A stretch of 64,000 bases of DNA from Octopus sinensis (Eukaryota). The notes under the pieces were generated by a model. That model made no database searches, was not told the DNA's origin, and was given only the letters and a program-made list of their open reading frames with translations. Both the position numbers and the translations under genes were made by a program. Shown in pieces: positions 49,500 through 64,000 of this stretch (within the stretch, counting starts at the first letter, position 1; each line of letters starts with the position of its first letter). The DNA lies in the NCBI RefSeq assembly GCF_006345805.1, contig NW_021831855.1:1-64000 (forward strand), read 5' to 3'.

Positions 49500-49810
49500 G
49501 ATCGTCAAATGTATGGTGCGACGGACAAAATGGCCTACGTTTTTTTAGTTTACGTTCCATTTACGTTCCGAGATTGACTACCTTCGAGGTTGACATTAAT
49601 CATTCTGGGACCATCACGATCGACTAAATCCCAAATTTGTGACCCCGAATCCATGCTGGGTCCTGTTAAAATCCCCGACAATATTAGTCATTCATCCTTT
49701 CGGGGTCGATAACTTAAGTACCAGTTGCGTACTGAGATTGATCTACGCGACTGGCCTCCTCCCCCCAAATTTAGGGCATTGTACCTAGAGTAGAAAAGAA
49801 TATTAGTAAA
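49500..49810 (+). mobile_element. CORE SINE interrupted by a ~90-bp insert
   Basis: Head at 49500-49600; ttcatcctttcggggtcgataacttaagtaccagt at ~49690. Confidence 0.6.
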
Positions 49811-49881
49811 ATAATAAATAATGAGGGCCTAGAGTTTGTTAGGTTATAGATAGGGAAAGTGAAGCAACCTTCAAATATTTC

Positions 49882-50473
49882 AAGTAGCGAACGGTTTAAA
49901 CCAATGTTTTTCAACCCCACCTTTTTTTTTTTTTACATATGGACTCCTTTAGTTCCTGTTTTGCTCAGATGGACCCTCAAAGCCATTCGATGTATAACAA
50001 AGTCACATATCTCTATAATTAAATATAATTAGGAAGTGTATAAAAAACTATTGTTTATGGCTATATTAATGTGGCTGTCCTCTAAGAGATGACGATATTG
50101 TTACTTCACCGCAGGAAAATATCTCTTCCAGCTGGTTTATTTATTGCAAGTGGGAGATAACTCGAGCCACCCTAGTTCTGTGCGAAAAACACACTGAATA
50201 AACCAGCTGGAGGAGATATCTTCCTGGGGTTAAATGGCAGTATCGTCATCTCTTAGAGGATAGCCACATTAAAGTGTCCATAAGCAATACTTTTTTTTTG
50301 CTTCGTGCACAGCTTCTATCTCGAACAGAGATTTTCTAACGGACTAGTTTCCGAGTTATAAAAAACTAAAAATATTTTGTATGTTGTTTAACCGACTTAT
50401 TGCAGATAACTTTTAACAACGAACCCTTACATGGAACCTGAAGGGCCATATGGACCCCGGTAGAGACTCACTG
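49882..50473. mobile_element. Putative hAT-type MITE containing a nested palindromic MITE (50066-50272, TTAA-bounded)
   Basis: Degenerate ends caatgtttttcaacc / ggtagagactcactg. The nested element has TIR ttaatgtggctgtcctctaagagatgacgata. Confidence 0.5.
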
Positions 50474-52053
50474 GCTTAAAGGAATCTAAGTTTGCGTATA
50501 TTCAGCCATGTTCGCTGTAAGGGCAGTAACGGTTCAGTTCTGATGATTTCATGTCTTTGTGCTTGAAATATATAAAAGGTTACTCAACTTTCTCTTTTTG
50601 CGTTGTAAGAAGCTCTGCATCTTTATTGTTTGTTAATTTACTTCGGTATCACAATGCTTCAAAGAAACTACAACGCTCTTCTGCCAACAATATTCATTGT
50701 AGCCTCACCGCCATTTTAACAACACGTCTCGATTATTATTACGACAATTCCGCTTCTCTCCCAACTACCTCGTAATAAACATTATTAACACCGATACGTG
50801 TTACATTCCTGCCTCCCCCCACCGCTCTCATCTCGTCTCCACCACTTCTGCTTTCACCTCACATTCCATTCACGAGATAGAATTACATTTCACGGCCGTA
50901 CGTAATCTCGTTTAAATCTTGTTTAAATCTCGTTAAATCTCACCCAACTTTATAACATTAACAAAATTAATTCTACTATTTTTGCTTTTTCAAGTTCTGT
51001 ATGGCCTTTCCTTTTCTTCCCAAAGAATTTTAACGCTTTTTTCTTTTTCTTTCTATAAATTCCATAATCTGTTGTTCTCTGTCATAACCCTTCTTTCAAA
51101 CCCATCCTCTTCCTAACATTTCATAGTCAACGCAATAAAGGACTTCTATACACAGCCATAACATGGCTACAATTATTTGTCTCAGTCGTGGCGATGGTGG
51201 AGAAGGAAGACTCAGTAAATTTAATCAACTCCAGACGATGGGTTGATCGAGTCGTTAAATCATGGGATAAAAGGCTTTGCAATACTCGTTCCGGCTCTCT
51301 ACGATCCAAGTTCAAATTCCAACGGCTTCAGCTTTACCTTTCTTTTTTCAGGGTCAATAAATAAAGTACCAGTCCAGTACGACAGTTCATTCACCTTCAT
51401 TCATTCTCTCTCCCTCTCTCTCTTACTCGAAGAAACCGTCTGTATTTAGACTTGCGGAGGGATGGGTTTCCTCAAGTTTAAAATCACCAAAACACACCAT
51501 ACATGACATGCTGCCCCTACGATGCCATTATGATTTAACCCCCGCTCCACCATTTGGCTGGTACTTTATTTTAACGATCTCCATCCGAGAAGAATGAAAG
51601 GCAAAGTCGACGATGGCCAAAGAAAACGCCACAGTATTTAGGCCATCGCTCGATCGTTTCAAGAAATCAGCGGAGCCACGGACAAGGGTAGCGATGATAG
51701 ATTATCTTTTATATATTGATTGATTCAGTCATTTGACTGTGGCCATGCTGGGGCACCACTTCGAAGGCCTTTAGTCCAACAAACTGACAAAAGGAGATTT
51801 TTTAGAGCCTGGTACTTATTCTGTCGGTCTCTTTTGACGAATCGTCAAGTTTCAGAGACGTAAACAAACCAAGTCCGGTCTTCAAGCAGTGGTGAGGGAA
51901 AACACCGACTCAAAGGCACACACACACACACAGAAACTAAAAGAATCCCATGTGTGTGTGTGTGTGTCCCTTCTTTCCTGAGCGCCCAATAATACTTTAT
52001 TTGTTCCACATCCTCGCGTTGTTGTCTTTTTGTTTTCTTGTTTGGATTAACTT

Positions 52054-52102
<49 letters not shown>

Positions 52103-52331
52103 TGTGTGTGTGTGTGTTTTTTTTTTTATATGTGGATGTATATGTGTTTTGTGTGTGAGTGTATTTATGTATATACATATATTTTTACTGTTAGATCTAA
52201 TTACCCTTTATCTAAATCTGGATATATCCATCTTTATACAGATTTAAAAATTATTCTTATTCTATTTATGGGAGGAGTCCTTTATTTTCATCCCGCACCT
52301 ACGTATTTGCTTTCACACTACTAATGCCTTT

Positions 52332-52439
<108 letters not shown>

Positions 52440-53499
52440 TGTGTGTGTGTGGTGTGGTGTGTGTGTGTGTGTATGTGTGTGTATGTATAAATGTAATTAT
52501 TTTCCAAAACAAATTACACTTCATATTCGAGGCTCCGATGAATCTATAAGGTGTTACTCAAGTATTCATCTAAAAGTTCACTGCATCTGATAGCAGAAAC
52601 AGCCGTAAGCCAATGAAATACATAAGACAATCGTTTGTTCCTTTGTCATTCCATTTTCTTATTACCGCTCTGTATTCGACTGACGTTTCCTTCTGAAATA
52701 TACGGATATAGAGTTCTGCACCAGGTTATTAGTCTCGAAATGCTTAACTGAATATATATATGTGTGTGTGTATATGTGTGTGGGGGTGGGTGCGTGTGTG
52801 TGTATATATCTATCTATGTAATAGTGTATAAAAATTTATACACGGAGCAAGATGAATTACTCGTTTACATTACGGACGAACACCCCAGATAGTATAACTG
52901 TAATATAAATGAAACTGTGAGCTTTGGGGGGCTCGTAAGCCATTTCATTTAATTCATTGTTAATAATTCATTTCATTTCATATCATCCTGTTTATTTTTA
53001 TTATATGTACCCCATATCCTGTATTGTATTGTTATGTCCCCTCTTCATTCAGGCCATTGTGCCTATAATAAAGAGAAAGGTGATTGTCGTGCGCTGATAA
53101 CGGGTCAATACCCAGAAACTGCAGTCTGTGCGTATCACTTAGGTTGACGAGGGAAGGATGACCTCCCTTTGCAAATACCGATAAGGCACAGAAAGTGTGT
53201 CAATAGCCAGCTGGAGAAGATGTTCTCCAGGGGCTACAAGCTACAGTAACATTCACCCTTAGTGGTTAGCCATATTGAGATGGCAAATATACTTCACATT
53301 GTCCTGCAGTTACTGTCTATACCTCGTTCAGAAATTTATTATTGCTTGTATACACTTTTTCAAGATCAGTGACGAAAAGTCACTGGCAAAAGGATATAAA
53401 TATTTGCATTGGGACCCTTCCATCGAAAACCGGTGATTGTCATGTGCATCGTTGAAGTGTTGCTTTTTGCGGAGTTGGAGTTTATGATATTGTGAGTTG

Positions 53500-54670
53500 C
53501 AGAAATTGTTATTAGAAATTGTTGTTGTTGAAAGTACTATTGTAGTTGAATTTTGAAAATTATTTTGTAGCTACCCTTTGTGGGTATGCAAACAACAAGT
53601 TACGCCCAGGCTGCAGGCAAAAGCCTGTCGGCCGACATGTTGCAGCTGAAAGACGTATTAATTGAGAAGGAAGGTTTGAATAAATATTTCGAAAATTTCA
53701 AGGTGGGAGATTGCTTACGGATCACACCGCCGGAGGAAGACACAAAAAAAACGAGGGAAAAGATTATTGTATATAGAACGTGGAGTGTGGCCAACAAGAA
53801 AATAGAAGTGGCAGAAACAGACGACATTGAGGAATGTCTTACGGAAATTAAAGACAGAACGACCTTCTACGCAAGAGGAAGGAAGTTCGCCACCGTCGAG
53901 GTGCGGTTTGAAAGAGAGGAGGAGGCCAAGAGACACGCTACCATGATATTAAGAACAGCTAGGTGGGTGCTTCCTATTGTGGAAAACGAGCAACGAAGGT
54001 GAAAATAGGAAAGGTGCCGCCGGAGTTAGAGGTAGAGAGACTTGTAGCGTCTATAATTTATAATTGTAAGGATGATGTGGACATTCTAAAGGTTGAAAAA
54101 TCGAGAGACGTCAACTGGTGGGATTATGGTGAGGAAGCACTGATACATATAACCTTGCCAGATTTGTACAACATTAAGGAAGAGTTAGTGCTCCCCGACG
54201 AAACCCGACTGAGAGTCGTGGTGGAGGGGAGACCACCAATATGTTATAACTGTAAAAGAATGGGACATATGCAAGAGAAACGCAGGCAGAAGTGGAGGAA
54301 ATGTACAGTGACGCAGCGAGAGCGGAGGAAGAAGAAAAAGAGGTAGAGGAAAAAGTTGAAGAAAAAACGGCAGAAAGAAAGAGAACACCACCAAAAAGCC
54401 CAATGAAAAGTTAAGTAGAAAATGAAGGAAGAAAGACAACAGTAAGTGGAAAAAGTACAGAGATTCGAAACCAGGAACTGAAGACAATGACAATGAGTGA
54501 AGAAGGTAAAACCAGAAAAGAGAAATGCGAAGAATGGATGAGGAAGGTGATGCAGAGAGTAAATCATGTAAAACAAACAGGACGACCTACGGGAGAGAAT
54601 GTAAGAAGGTTAATTTTTTACGAAAAGATATGGAGATTGAAAAAAGATTAACAAAAACAAAAGGAAATAT
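53500..54670 (+). mobile_element. Tx1/L1-like ORF1 remnant (RRM-like region + CCHC knuckle), no ORF2 visible
   Basis: TSYAQAA, FATVEVRFEREEEA, KVKIGKVPPE, VEGRPPICYNCKRMGH; one frameshift near 53975. Confidence 0.75.
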
Positions 54671-55264
54671 ACTTCACTCACACACACACACATATATATA
54701 TAATATATATATATGTATGTATACATATATATATATACATATAATACATATATATATATATAATATATATATATATTATATATATATATGTATATATATG
54801 TGTGTGTGTGGTGTGTGTGTGTGCGTGTGCATGCGCGTGTGAGTGTGTGTGTCTGACACACTTAAATAAACACACCTGATTATAAAGGTTTAGATGCTGG
54901 ACTGAACTTCCACCTTCACATTCCCTAGATCAAAGGTCAAATCCCCCATTTGTGTCCAAATGAAATCAACTACACCCAAAACGGAGTGACACATCTGTTG
55001 ACCAATTGACCCTTTCACCCCCTTACTTTATTTTGTGAATCCTAGAAAACAAGCCCAAACATCTGAAGCTGACAAACCTAAATAGACTCACCTGACTTCA
55101 AAGGTCGACATGCTTGGCTGAATTCTGAACAACCCCAAATTTAATAAATAAAAATCTTCCATAACACCCCTCTATCACAGCATACCCTAAAACACAGCTC
55201 CATCGACCCCAGAAAATTTTAATTTAGCAGAGACTATATAAAGCCAAGACGAAGTCGAATATAC

Positions 55265-55310
55265 GACAACCCGATGATGGCTGGGCAGACCGAAACTTCG
55301 AAGTCACTAT
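55265..55310 (+). ncRNA. Minimal hammerhead motif, degenerate (U4>C)
   Basis: gacaac-CCGATGA-tggctgggcagacc-GAAA-CTTCGAAG-TC-actatc. Same family as 5662 and 46817. Confidence 0.45.
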
Positions 55311-55567
55311 CCTTGTTCGCAGCTAAGAGTGGTTTTGACTCTTATTTCTAGCAACGCTGGTGCTGACCTGCACCCTTAGTCACTTCTAGTGACGTTTATA
55401 CTTGTGCCTTTTGGTTTTAGATTACACACACACACACACACACACACAAGCACACACACATATGTACATGTACATATATCTACATATACCCAAATATATA
55501 TGTGTGTATATATGTATATATATATATATATAATATATATATACACACACACATACATATATATTTA

Positions 55568-56399
55568 CAAGATCTGATCAATAAGTATCCGGATTGTTGC
55601 TAAAGCACGCAGACTGAAGCCGCTTGGCACAGATTGACCCTGAACTCTGTTGTGCATGCGCATTAAGTTTCAACGTTCCAGCTCACTTCCGCTGTTTACA
55701 GCAGTGCTTGGAAGGAAGGTGTGTAGCGTTTGCTCTTCGCATTGACCATGACTGAGAAAGTTGTTATGGCGATATCTGTTCAGAGACCTATGGAAAGTAG
55801 AAAGTGTATGGAGAGGAGTGTATGAGCCACACACAAGAATCTGAGTTGTTTAGGCGTTTCCAAGATGACCAAAATGATGTCGATATTGACGAACGTTCTA
55901 GGAGATCTGGAACCAACAGAACTGAATAAAACATAGCAGTAAAACAAGAGGATGTTCAGATTAGTTGCCGTTCAATTCAGTCCATTATGATTTGGGTATG
56001 AGACGCATGTCTGCCAAGTTTGTCCCTAAACTGCTTTCAGCTGGCGAAAAGTACACTGGGGTTTCAGTTGCACAAGATCTTGTTGATTGTGTCGAGAACG
56101 GTGAAACGATTTGAAAACCTTGCGTAGGCCTCTGGGCAGGTATCGCCAAGCTTTTGGCAAAATTTGATGCAGATTCTCTGCTCAACTTCCTCAGTCACGG
56201 TCAACACGACGACAACACGCCACACGCCACACACCTTCCTTCCAAGCACTGCTGTAAACAGCTGGAGTGAGCTAGAACGTTAAAACTTTGTGCACATGCA
56301 CAGCAGAGTTAAAGGTCAATTTGTGCCGAGCAACTTCACTCTGCACGCTTTAGTTTCGTTACTATAGCAACAGTCCGGATACTTATTGATCAGACCACG
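55568..56399. mobile_element. Non-autonomous mariner made of two inverted left ends
   Basis: TIR c(a/g)(a/t)g(a/g)tctgatcaataagtatccgga at both ends. Transposase N-terminus on + (MTEKV...LGMRRMSAKFVPKLLS) and again on - (TEEVEQRICIKFCQKLG). Confidence 0.8.
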
Positions 56400-56498
56400 T
56401 TTATATATGTGTGTGTGTGTGTGTGTACAGTAAACTATATATCTGTCTATCTACCAATATATATGTCTGTCTTTTTGTCTGTCTGCCTGCCTGTCTGC

Positions 56499-56568
<70 letters not shown>

Positions 56569-56569
56569 G

Positions 56570-58205
56570 AGCATACCCGGTTTTGTGAGTCGAGGAGCCG
56601 TAACGCTGCTGAAGAAAGATCCAAACAAGGGGGACATTATAGAAAACTTTAGGTCCATCACTCTGCTCAATGCAGACCTGAACATTTTGACCAAGGTGTT
56701 AGCCAAGAGGTTGGCGCTTGTCATCGAGAAACTGGTCGACAAGGCGCAAACGTGCGCCGTGCCGGGCTGGAGCATCCTAAAAGGTTGAGCAGAGGTGGCG
56801 AATACGTACATCGCGTCCATCATCTACTACCATCTGACCGTCGTACCTTGTCCCGACCCTACCATCACCAAACTGGAACGCATTCTCTTCTGCTGCTTGT
56901 GGAAAGGATGCGTCCCGATGGTCAGGCGATCCATTTGCTGTCAACACCCGTTAAAAGGAGGGCTGGGCATGCCGTGGTTGATGATGCGCAGACATGCGCT
57001 GAGACTGCGACATCTCCGGCTCTATGTAGACGACGATGAACAGGTGTGGTCGCCGTTTGTGAGGCACGCCTTCCCGCAGCTCGTCTCCATGACCGAACTG
57101 CAGTCGTGGATCAAAAAGAGGCTGAGGAAGGGCGAATGGCACCGCAAGTGTCGTGTTGCTCTCAAGCAACTATGCCGTCCCGGGTTGACCTTGAGTGACT
57201 TCAACACAACCAAAGCATTCTATAGGGGATTAGTGGAGGGGAGGTACGACGACGATCTTGGGGCGAACCTGGGCGTCGACGAGGAATACCTGACCCGCCT
57301 TTTGAGACGACTTTCGGGCCGGGACCTATGGACAACTTCCAGAGATCCCTAGCCAAGCAGTGCTACCGAGAAGCGCTACCCGTTCGGGATAAGCTCTATA
57401 GGCATGGCTCGAGAAACACGGGGCCGACCTGCCCGAGATACGGTCAGAGCGACGAAACCGTTCTGCACGCAATCGTGCAGTGTCCAACAATCTCCGACCT
57501 GTGGACTTATGTCAAACGACTGCTGTCACGTGTGGGACGTGTCGGTTTATCAGCCGAGTCTATCGTTAATATCGTCACGTCTCCTTCCTTCAAACGGGAA
57601 GGAAGAGCTATTTTTATCATACTTGTGGCTATGGCGAAAGAATGTATCTGGTGGACGCGCCTGAAAGGATTAGAGACAAACACTTTCCTCTCTGGTCAAT
57701 CTCTCGTGAACTTCTTCAAGTATCACTTGAAGAGGAAAGTGAGAGTAGAGAGACAAGTTTTGTCTAGTGAATGTTTTACAAAAAGATGGGTGAATGTAGC
57801 AAGGATGGCACGTATGAATGACGAAGCCACCTTGAGTATGATCCTATGAGCGGTAAAAATTTAATACAGAGAGTTACTTATTTGTAAAAAAAAATAATAA
57901 CATGTGACTTCATTGACCGAGGTTACCGTGGTCTTTTCCGTAGGCTTTTCTTTCCACGGGTAAACCTCACCTGTCTTCCCCTTTACACTTTATATTGACA
58001 TTTCTGTGATAACGATCCCTATTGATCAATTTTTCTTTTTCCCTTTATTTTTATTTCACCCCCTTTTTTTCTTTTGCTTTCCTCTTTCTTTCCTTTTACG
58101 ATCCCTTTTGATCGAAAACCAACCCCCTTTTTTATCTCCAAAAGAAAACCTCTACCTTGTAATTTGTCCCGTCTGTGTACAGCCCTGTGTGGTTAATAAA
58201 GAAAC
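56570..58205 (+). mobile_element. Tx1-like LINE, 5'-truncated, RT core deleted, flanked by (TATC)n
   Basis: TLLKKDPNKG..IENFRSITLLNADLNILTKVLAKRL...AQTCAVPG; then YYHLTV..KLERILF; zf-RVT CPR.GQSDETVLH..VQC; tail cagccctgtgtggttaataaagaaac. Confidence 0.85.
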
Positions 58206-59503
<1,298 letters not shown>

Positions 59504-59899
59504 TATCTATCTAACTATCTATCTATTTGCATATGTTTTCTTTTTACACCGTTTGTCAAAGGTTTTTCTCAGCCAATGTATTTTCGAGTGGGTGGAGTCG
59601 ATTGGATGCACAGAAACACGGGTTCGGCTGAATTTGTGGGGTCGCTTAGAAGTTGCAAATTTTGCAGATTAAAATATTTTCATTTCTTTATTACCTCCAT
59701 GTTTGCATGGGAAAATTTCAGCATTTTGCTGGTTTTTTATGGTGTCTTCCTTTTAAATTTCTGCTCTATTTTTAGTTTGTTTTTCTTCATTAATTTTTTC
59801 TTTTGTTTTCGTCAAAGAATTTTCTCTAAGAATCCTATTGGAGAACAGCATCGATAAATCAAAGACAAAAAAAATGGAGAAATTGAACAATGGAATCAA

Positions 59900-60690
59900 A
59901 TTTAATATTCAAACACGATGTGGTAATTAATTGCCCCAAAACACCACAAAGAATAGAAAATAAAAGGGAAAAAATAACAGAAAAGAAAGCAAAAAAGAAC
60001 AAAAAAGCAAAACAACAAAAAATGAAATGAAAATAGCATTGTTAAAACAACTGCAATAACAATAACAACAACAAAAAGAACGGAACAAAAAAAAGAAGGA
60101 AAATGAAAGAAAATGAAAAAGAAATGATAAACCAACGACGACAATAACAAGAAGAACATCAACAGTAAGAAAAACAACAAACGTGTCACTACCGACACAA
60201 CCGACACCACCACCACCACCACCACCACCACCACCGTCAACAGCATCACGACGACCATCATCTCCACCATCGCCACCACTACTACTACTACTACCGCTAC
60301 CACCTCCACACCCACCACACACCACCCTCACCACCACCATCTCTAGCATCAATACAAACACCACCACTAGCACCCCTCCACCATCACCACCAACAACGTC
60401 AACATTAACACCCCTAACAAAAATACCACTGCCACCACCACCGCCGCCGCCACACCACAAAAGTAACAACGACGACAACAAGACTTTATCGAAAATATAT
60501 TTGAACCACCTTCTTTAATGGTGAAGAACCCTTTTGTTCTTGAGAATCAGAAATTTATTCAATAGAGTAATAGTGGTGGTGGTGGCATGGGTGGGAAGAA
60601 GGGGAGTAGGGAGCGAGATGAGGAGAGAGAGAATGATAGGAGGGAGAGTGGGAACTGTTGGAAGGGGAGTGTGAAAGAGCGAGAGAAAGC

Positions 60691-60767
<77 letters not shown>

Positions 60768-60873
60768 AGCATTGAGATTTTGGAATCAAAGAACCAGGAC
60801 AACGATTGTCTTCTATTAATGTCACAGAATGGACATTTTAAACATATTTTATCTGGAAGGACTGAACAGAGAG

Positions 60874-60940
<67 letters not shown>

Positions 60941-61041
60941 GAGAAATAAATGGCGAGAGGTAGATAGAAAGACAGAGAGATAGATATACAGATGGATGAG
61001 TGTATGGATAGATTAGATAGGTAGATAGATAGATAGATAGG

Positions 61042-61086
<45 letters not shown>

Positions 61087-61711
61087 GGATAGATAGATAG
61101 ACAGCTAGACTGATAGACAGGTAGCCAGACAGACAGGTAGACAGATAGGTAGATAGAAAGACAGAGAGATAGATATATAGATGGATGGGTGGATGGATAG
61201 ATTAGATAGGTAGATAGATAGATAGATATATAGATAGACAGCTAGACTGATAGACAGGTAGCCAGACAGACAGGTAGACAGATAGGTAGATAGAATGATA
61301 TATATAGGCAGAGAGACATAAATTGACAGTTAAACAGATGCACAAATAGATAGATAGCTAGGATGGCAGATAGATGGATAGACAGAAAGAAAGTTAGATA
61401 GATTGATAGATAGCTAAATAGACAAACGGACAGAGACAGAGAGTTAGAGACATATTGATAGAAATAGTTTGACAGATAGCTAGATAGAGAAACAGAAAGA
61501 TAGATATATAGCTAGAGAGAGAAGTATACACAGAGATAAAGATAGATACTAGTTAGATACAAAGATAAATATTGATAGAAATAGACAAAGATACAAATAG
61601 ACAGAGAAATAGATAAATAGATAGATAGGTCTATAGATAGATAGAGAAATGGCGACAGACATCGAGAAAGAGAGAGAGAGAGATAGAAAGATAGATAGAG
61701 ACTGAAGTATT

Positions 61712-61752
<41 letters not shown>

Positions 61753-62158
61753 GTAGAAGGATAGGTAGATATAGATTAATAGAAATAAAAATAGACAGAT
61801 AGACAGATAGGTAGGTAGATACATGGGTAGATAGATAGAAAGAAAGATGAGAGAGAGAGAGAGAAACAAATAGATCATAAATAGCTAGACACAGATTTGT
61901 AAATGGATATAGACAGATCAATAGGAAAAAGATAAATAGATATTTAGATAAAAAGATAAAGATACGATTAATCAAATAAATAAAGCCAGAGAGAATGCAT
62001 GTGTGTAATAGAGAGGGGAGAGAGAGGGAGGAAGAAAGAGAGAGAGAGAGAGAGAGAGAGGGAAAACGAGAGTGCATATGTGTGAATGCGAGAGAGACAA
62101 TGATAAATACAGGGAGAGAAGGAGAGAATTAGAAAGAGTAAAGAAAGCAGATACATAC

Positions 62159-62222
<64 letters not shown>

Positions 62223-62260
62223 AAAATAAGACAAGGTAGAAAATGCTATTATATTTTTTA
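59900..62260. repeat. Low-complexity/microsatellite block (AAC, ACC, GA, GATA, TA) with local minisatellite duplications
   Basis: Visible in sequence. Confidence 0.9.
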
Positions 62261-62649
62261 TCATGAAGAATATTTTAGTACCGTTTCCAGTCTTTACGAC
62301 TTTTTCAACTTAGAGTAAAGCATGAAAACAATTAAATTGTGGAAAAATTAAACGAAATGTTCTTTTAAAAATATTTCCATAGTTTTCAAATGCAAGGGAC
62401 ATTATCCTTTTTTCTGTCTGTCTCTGTCTCTCATTTTTACTCTTGTGAGTTCTAGGTAGTTGGCAACAGCTAGTAGTAGTTTGATATGAATTCCTGTCTT
62501 TGATTGTTTAAGCAGCAGTAGTAGTAAAGGTGGCCCTGAAGAAGAAGAAGAAGAAAGAAGAAGAAGAAGAAGAAGAAGAAGAAGAAGAAAGAAGAAGAAG
62601 AAGAAGAGAAAGAATAATAAAAATGCTGGAGTGGTATAATAGTAGCAGG

Positions 62650-64000
62650 ATGTTGGTGGAATCCTCTCAAGTGACCTAAAAGTGACTCGTTGTGGTTCTA
62701 ACAGTAGTGATTGGAATTGTTCTGAATAAATTCATGTGAAGTGACTGTTTTGAATATATCGTTTTTAATATTTGCATGGGTATTATTCTAAGGCCCTTGT
62801 AATAGTGTCATTTGTGGTAGATGCATTCAAAAGGGGTTTATATTTTGTGATAAAGAATGACTCTTTACTAATGCGCTGACTACAGGTTGCATCATCCCTG
62901 GATTGATAGAAGGGTAAAATTCTGAAGCTGGGTTGTTTGCTATTGGCGCAAATGTCGATGTGTTCACTGAATGCTATTTTTCTGTATTTCCGAATTTTGA
63001 TGGGATTTGTGTAGAGCCATCCTTTGACGTATACTGATTTTGGTTTGGCCTATGTATTGCTCTCGACGCCCAGAACAGGTTCTCCGAAGTACATGTGAAG
63101 TTGCTTTTCACTATGAAGCGTTGGCCCTGTTTGAAAGAGAACTATAATTCCTCAATTAGGTTGACGCATATACCACAGTTAGGTCTTCTGCACTTTTTTA
63201 CTGATGGCTTCGGTGTTGTTGTTGAGCGTATTCGCGCTTGTGTTAGGAGACTTTTCATAGATTGGTCTTTTGCTCTTTATGATGGTGTGCGTTTGGAGGA
63301 TTAAATTCATTTTGTGGTCCCTTTTTAGTTGGAGGATGGTGTTGAAGGCTTCATTGTTAAGAGGGTTGTGTGTGGAGATGTATGGTAGGGCGTTTGGTTG
63401 TAAATCCTTCTTTAATTTGGGATGTCTGAGTTCGTGGATGTTGAGTTGTAGAGTACATTGAAAACACATATTGATTAGTGATGGTGTGTAGTTCCTGGTA
63501 ATGAGTGTCTCCTTTAGTTCATGTGATCGTGTATCTCTGGTGCTTGCATTAGAAACTATAGTACATATCCTTTTTGCTAGATTGAAGGGGATATTCATTC
63601 TGCTGTGTCTGGGGTGGCATGAGTTGAACGGTAGATATTGCTTGGAGTCCGTTGGCTTCTAGTATATATCTGTTTCTATTACGTTGTTAGATTTCTTAAT
63701 GAGGATGTCGAGGAAGGGAAGTTGTTGATGGCTATATTCCATCATGAATTGAATGTTTACGTCAAGTCCATTTAGAAGTGCTTGAAATTCTTTAAATCTT
63801 TCTATACTTTCATGCCAAAGAATGAAAGTCATCCAGGTACCGTTTCTAGTTATTTTCTATGTAGAGAATGGGTTACTATCTTTCTAGTACCTTACCATAA
63901 AGACTGATTTATAGATATCCCATGACTAGGTTAGCAAAGGAGGAGGGCATTCTCGTACCCATCGCAGCCCTGATTTTTGTCGATAGATTTTGTCTTTGAA
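62650..64000 (-). mobile_element. Decayed Penelope-like element (RT + thumb + GIY-YIG), runs off the window
   Basis: MGTRMPSSFANLVMG; IQFMMEYS..QLPFLDILI...ETDIY.KPTDSKQYL.FNSCHP; NIPFNLAKRICTIVS; FSEHIDIC...KESFFI.KYKP.LN. Confidence 0.85.

Noticed and set aside
49237-49560. 107-aa protein-like minus ORF
   Set aside because: It starts inside a decayed SINE head and ends in a CA microsatellite, with no recognisable domain.
52907-52950. Hammerhead relic (AAATGAAA/TTTCATTT stem around CTGTGA...GTAA)
   Set aside because: The core lacks A6, GAAA is mutated and there is no stem III or NUH site.

Overview
This is an AT-rich, repeat-dense animal genomic window with no recognisable host protein-coding gene. 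The mix of tRNA-headed/CORE SINEs, TA, CA, GA, TATC and TAA microsatellites and LINE clades suggests a cephalopod, probably Octopus (inference). Retroelements present: two Penelope-like element (PLE) fragments (GIY-YIG at the left end, RT plus GIY-YIG at the right end); a near full-length frameshifted CR1-group LINE whose N-terminal region has a Myb/SANT-like motif and CCCH fingers; a near full-length R4/Dong-like LINE in (TAA)n plus two more restriction-like-endonuclease (RLE) fragments; an RTE fragment; two Tx1-like 3' fragments sitting in (TATC)n; two Tx1-like ORF1-only pieces; and many SINEs. DNA-transposon remnants include Tc1/mariner pieces and several MITEs. The most notable item is a head-to-tail array of four ~602-bp non-coding units (27451-29889). 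Each unit holds an intact type I hammerhead ribozyme (stem I TCTACG/CGTGGA, core CTGAAGA...GAAA, palindromic stem III ACGTACGT, GUC cleavage site) with an unusually long (~80 nt) stem II. This is a candidate retrozyme-like, circular-RNA-producing element that could be mobilised by a PLE. About nine more minimal or variant hammerhead motifs occur in the window, including a 124-bp palindrome that encodes a hammerhead on each strand. All RNA folds were done by eye, and many repeat boundaries are approximate.
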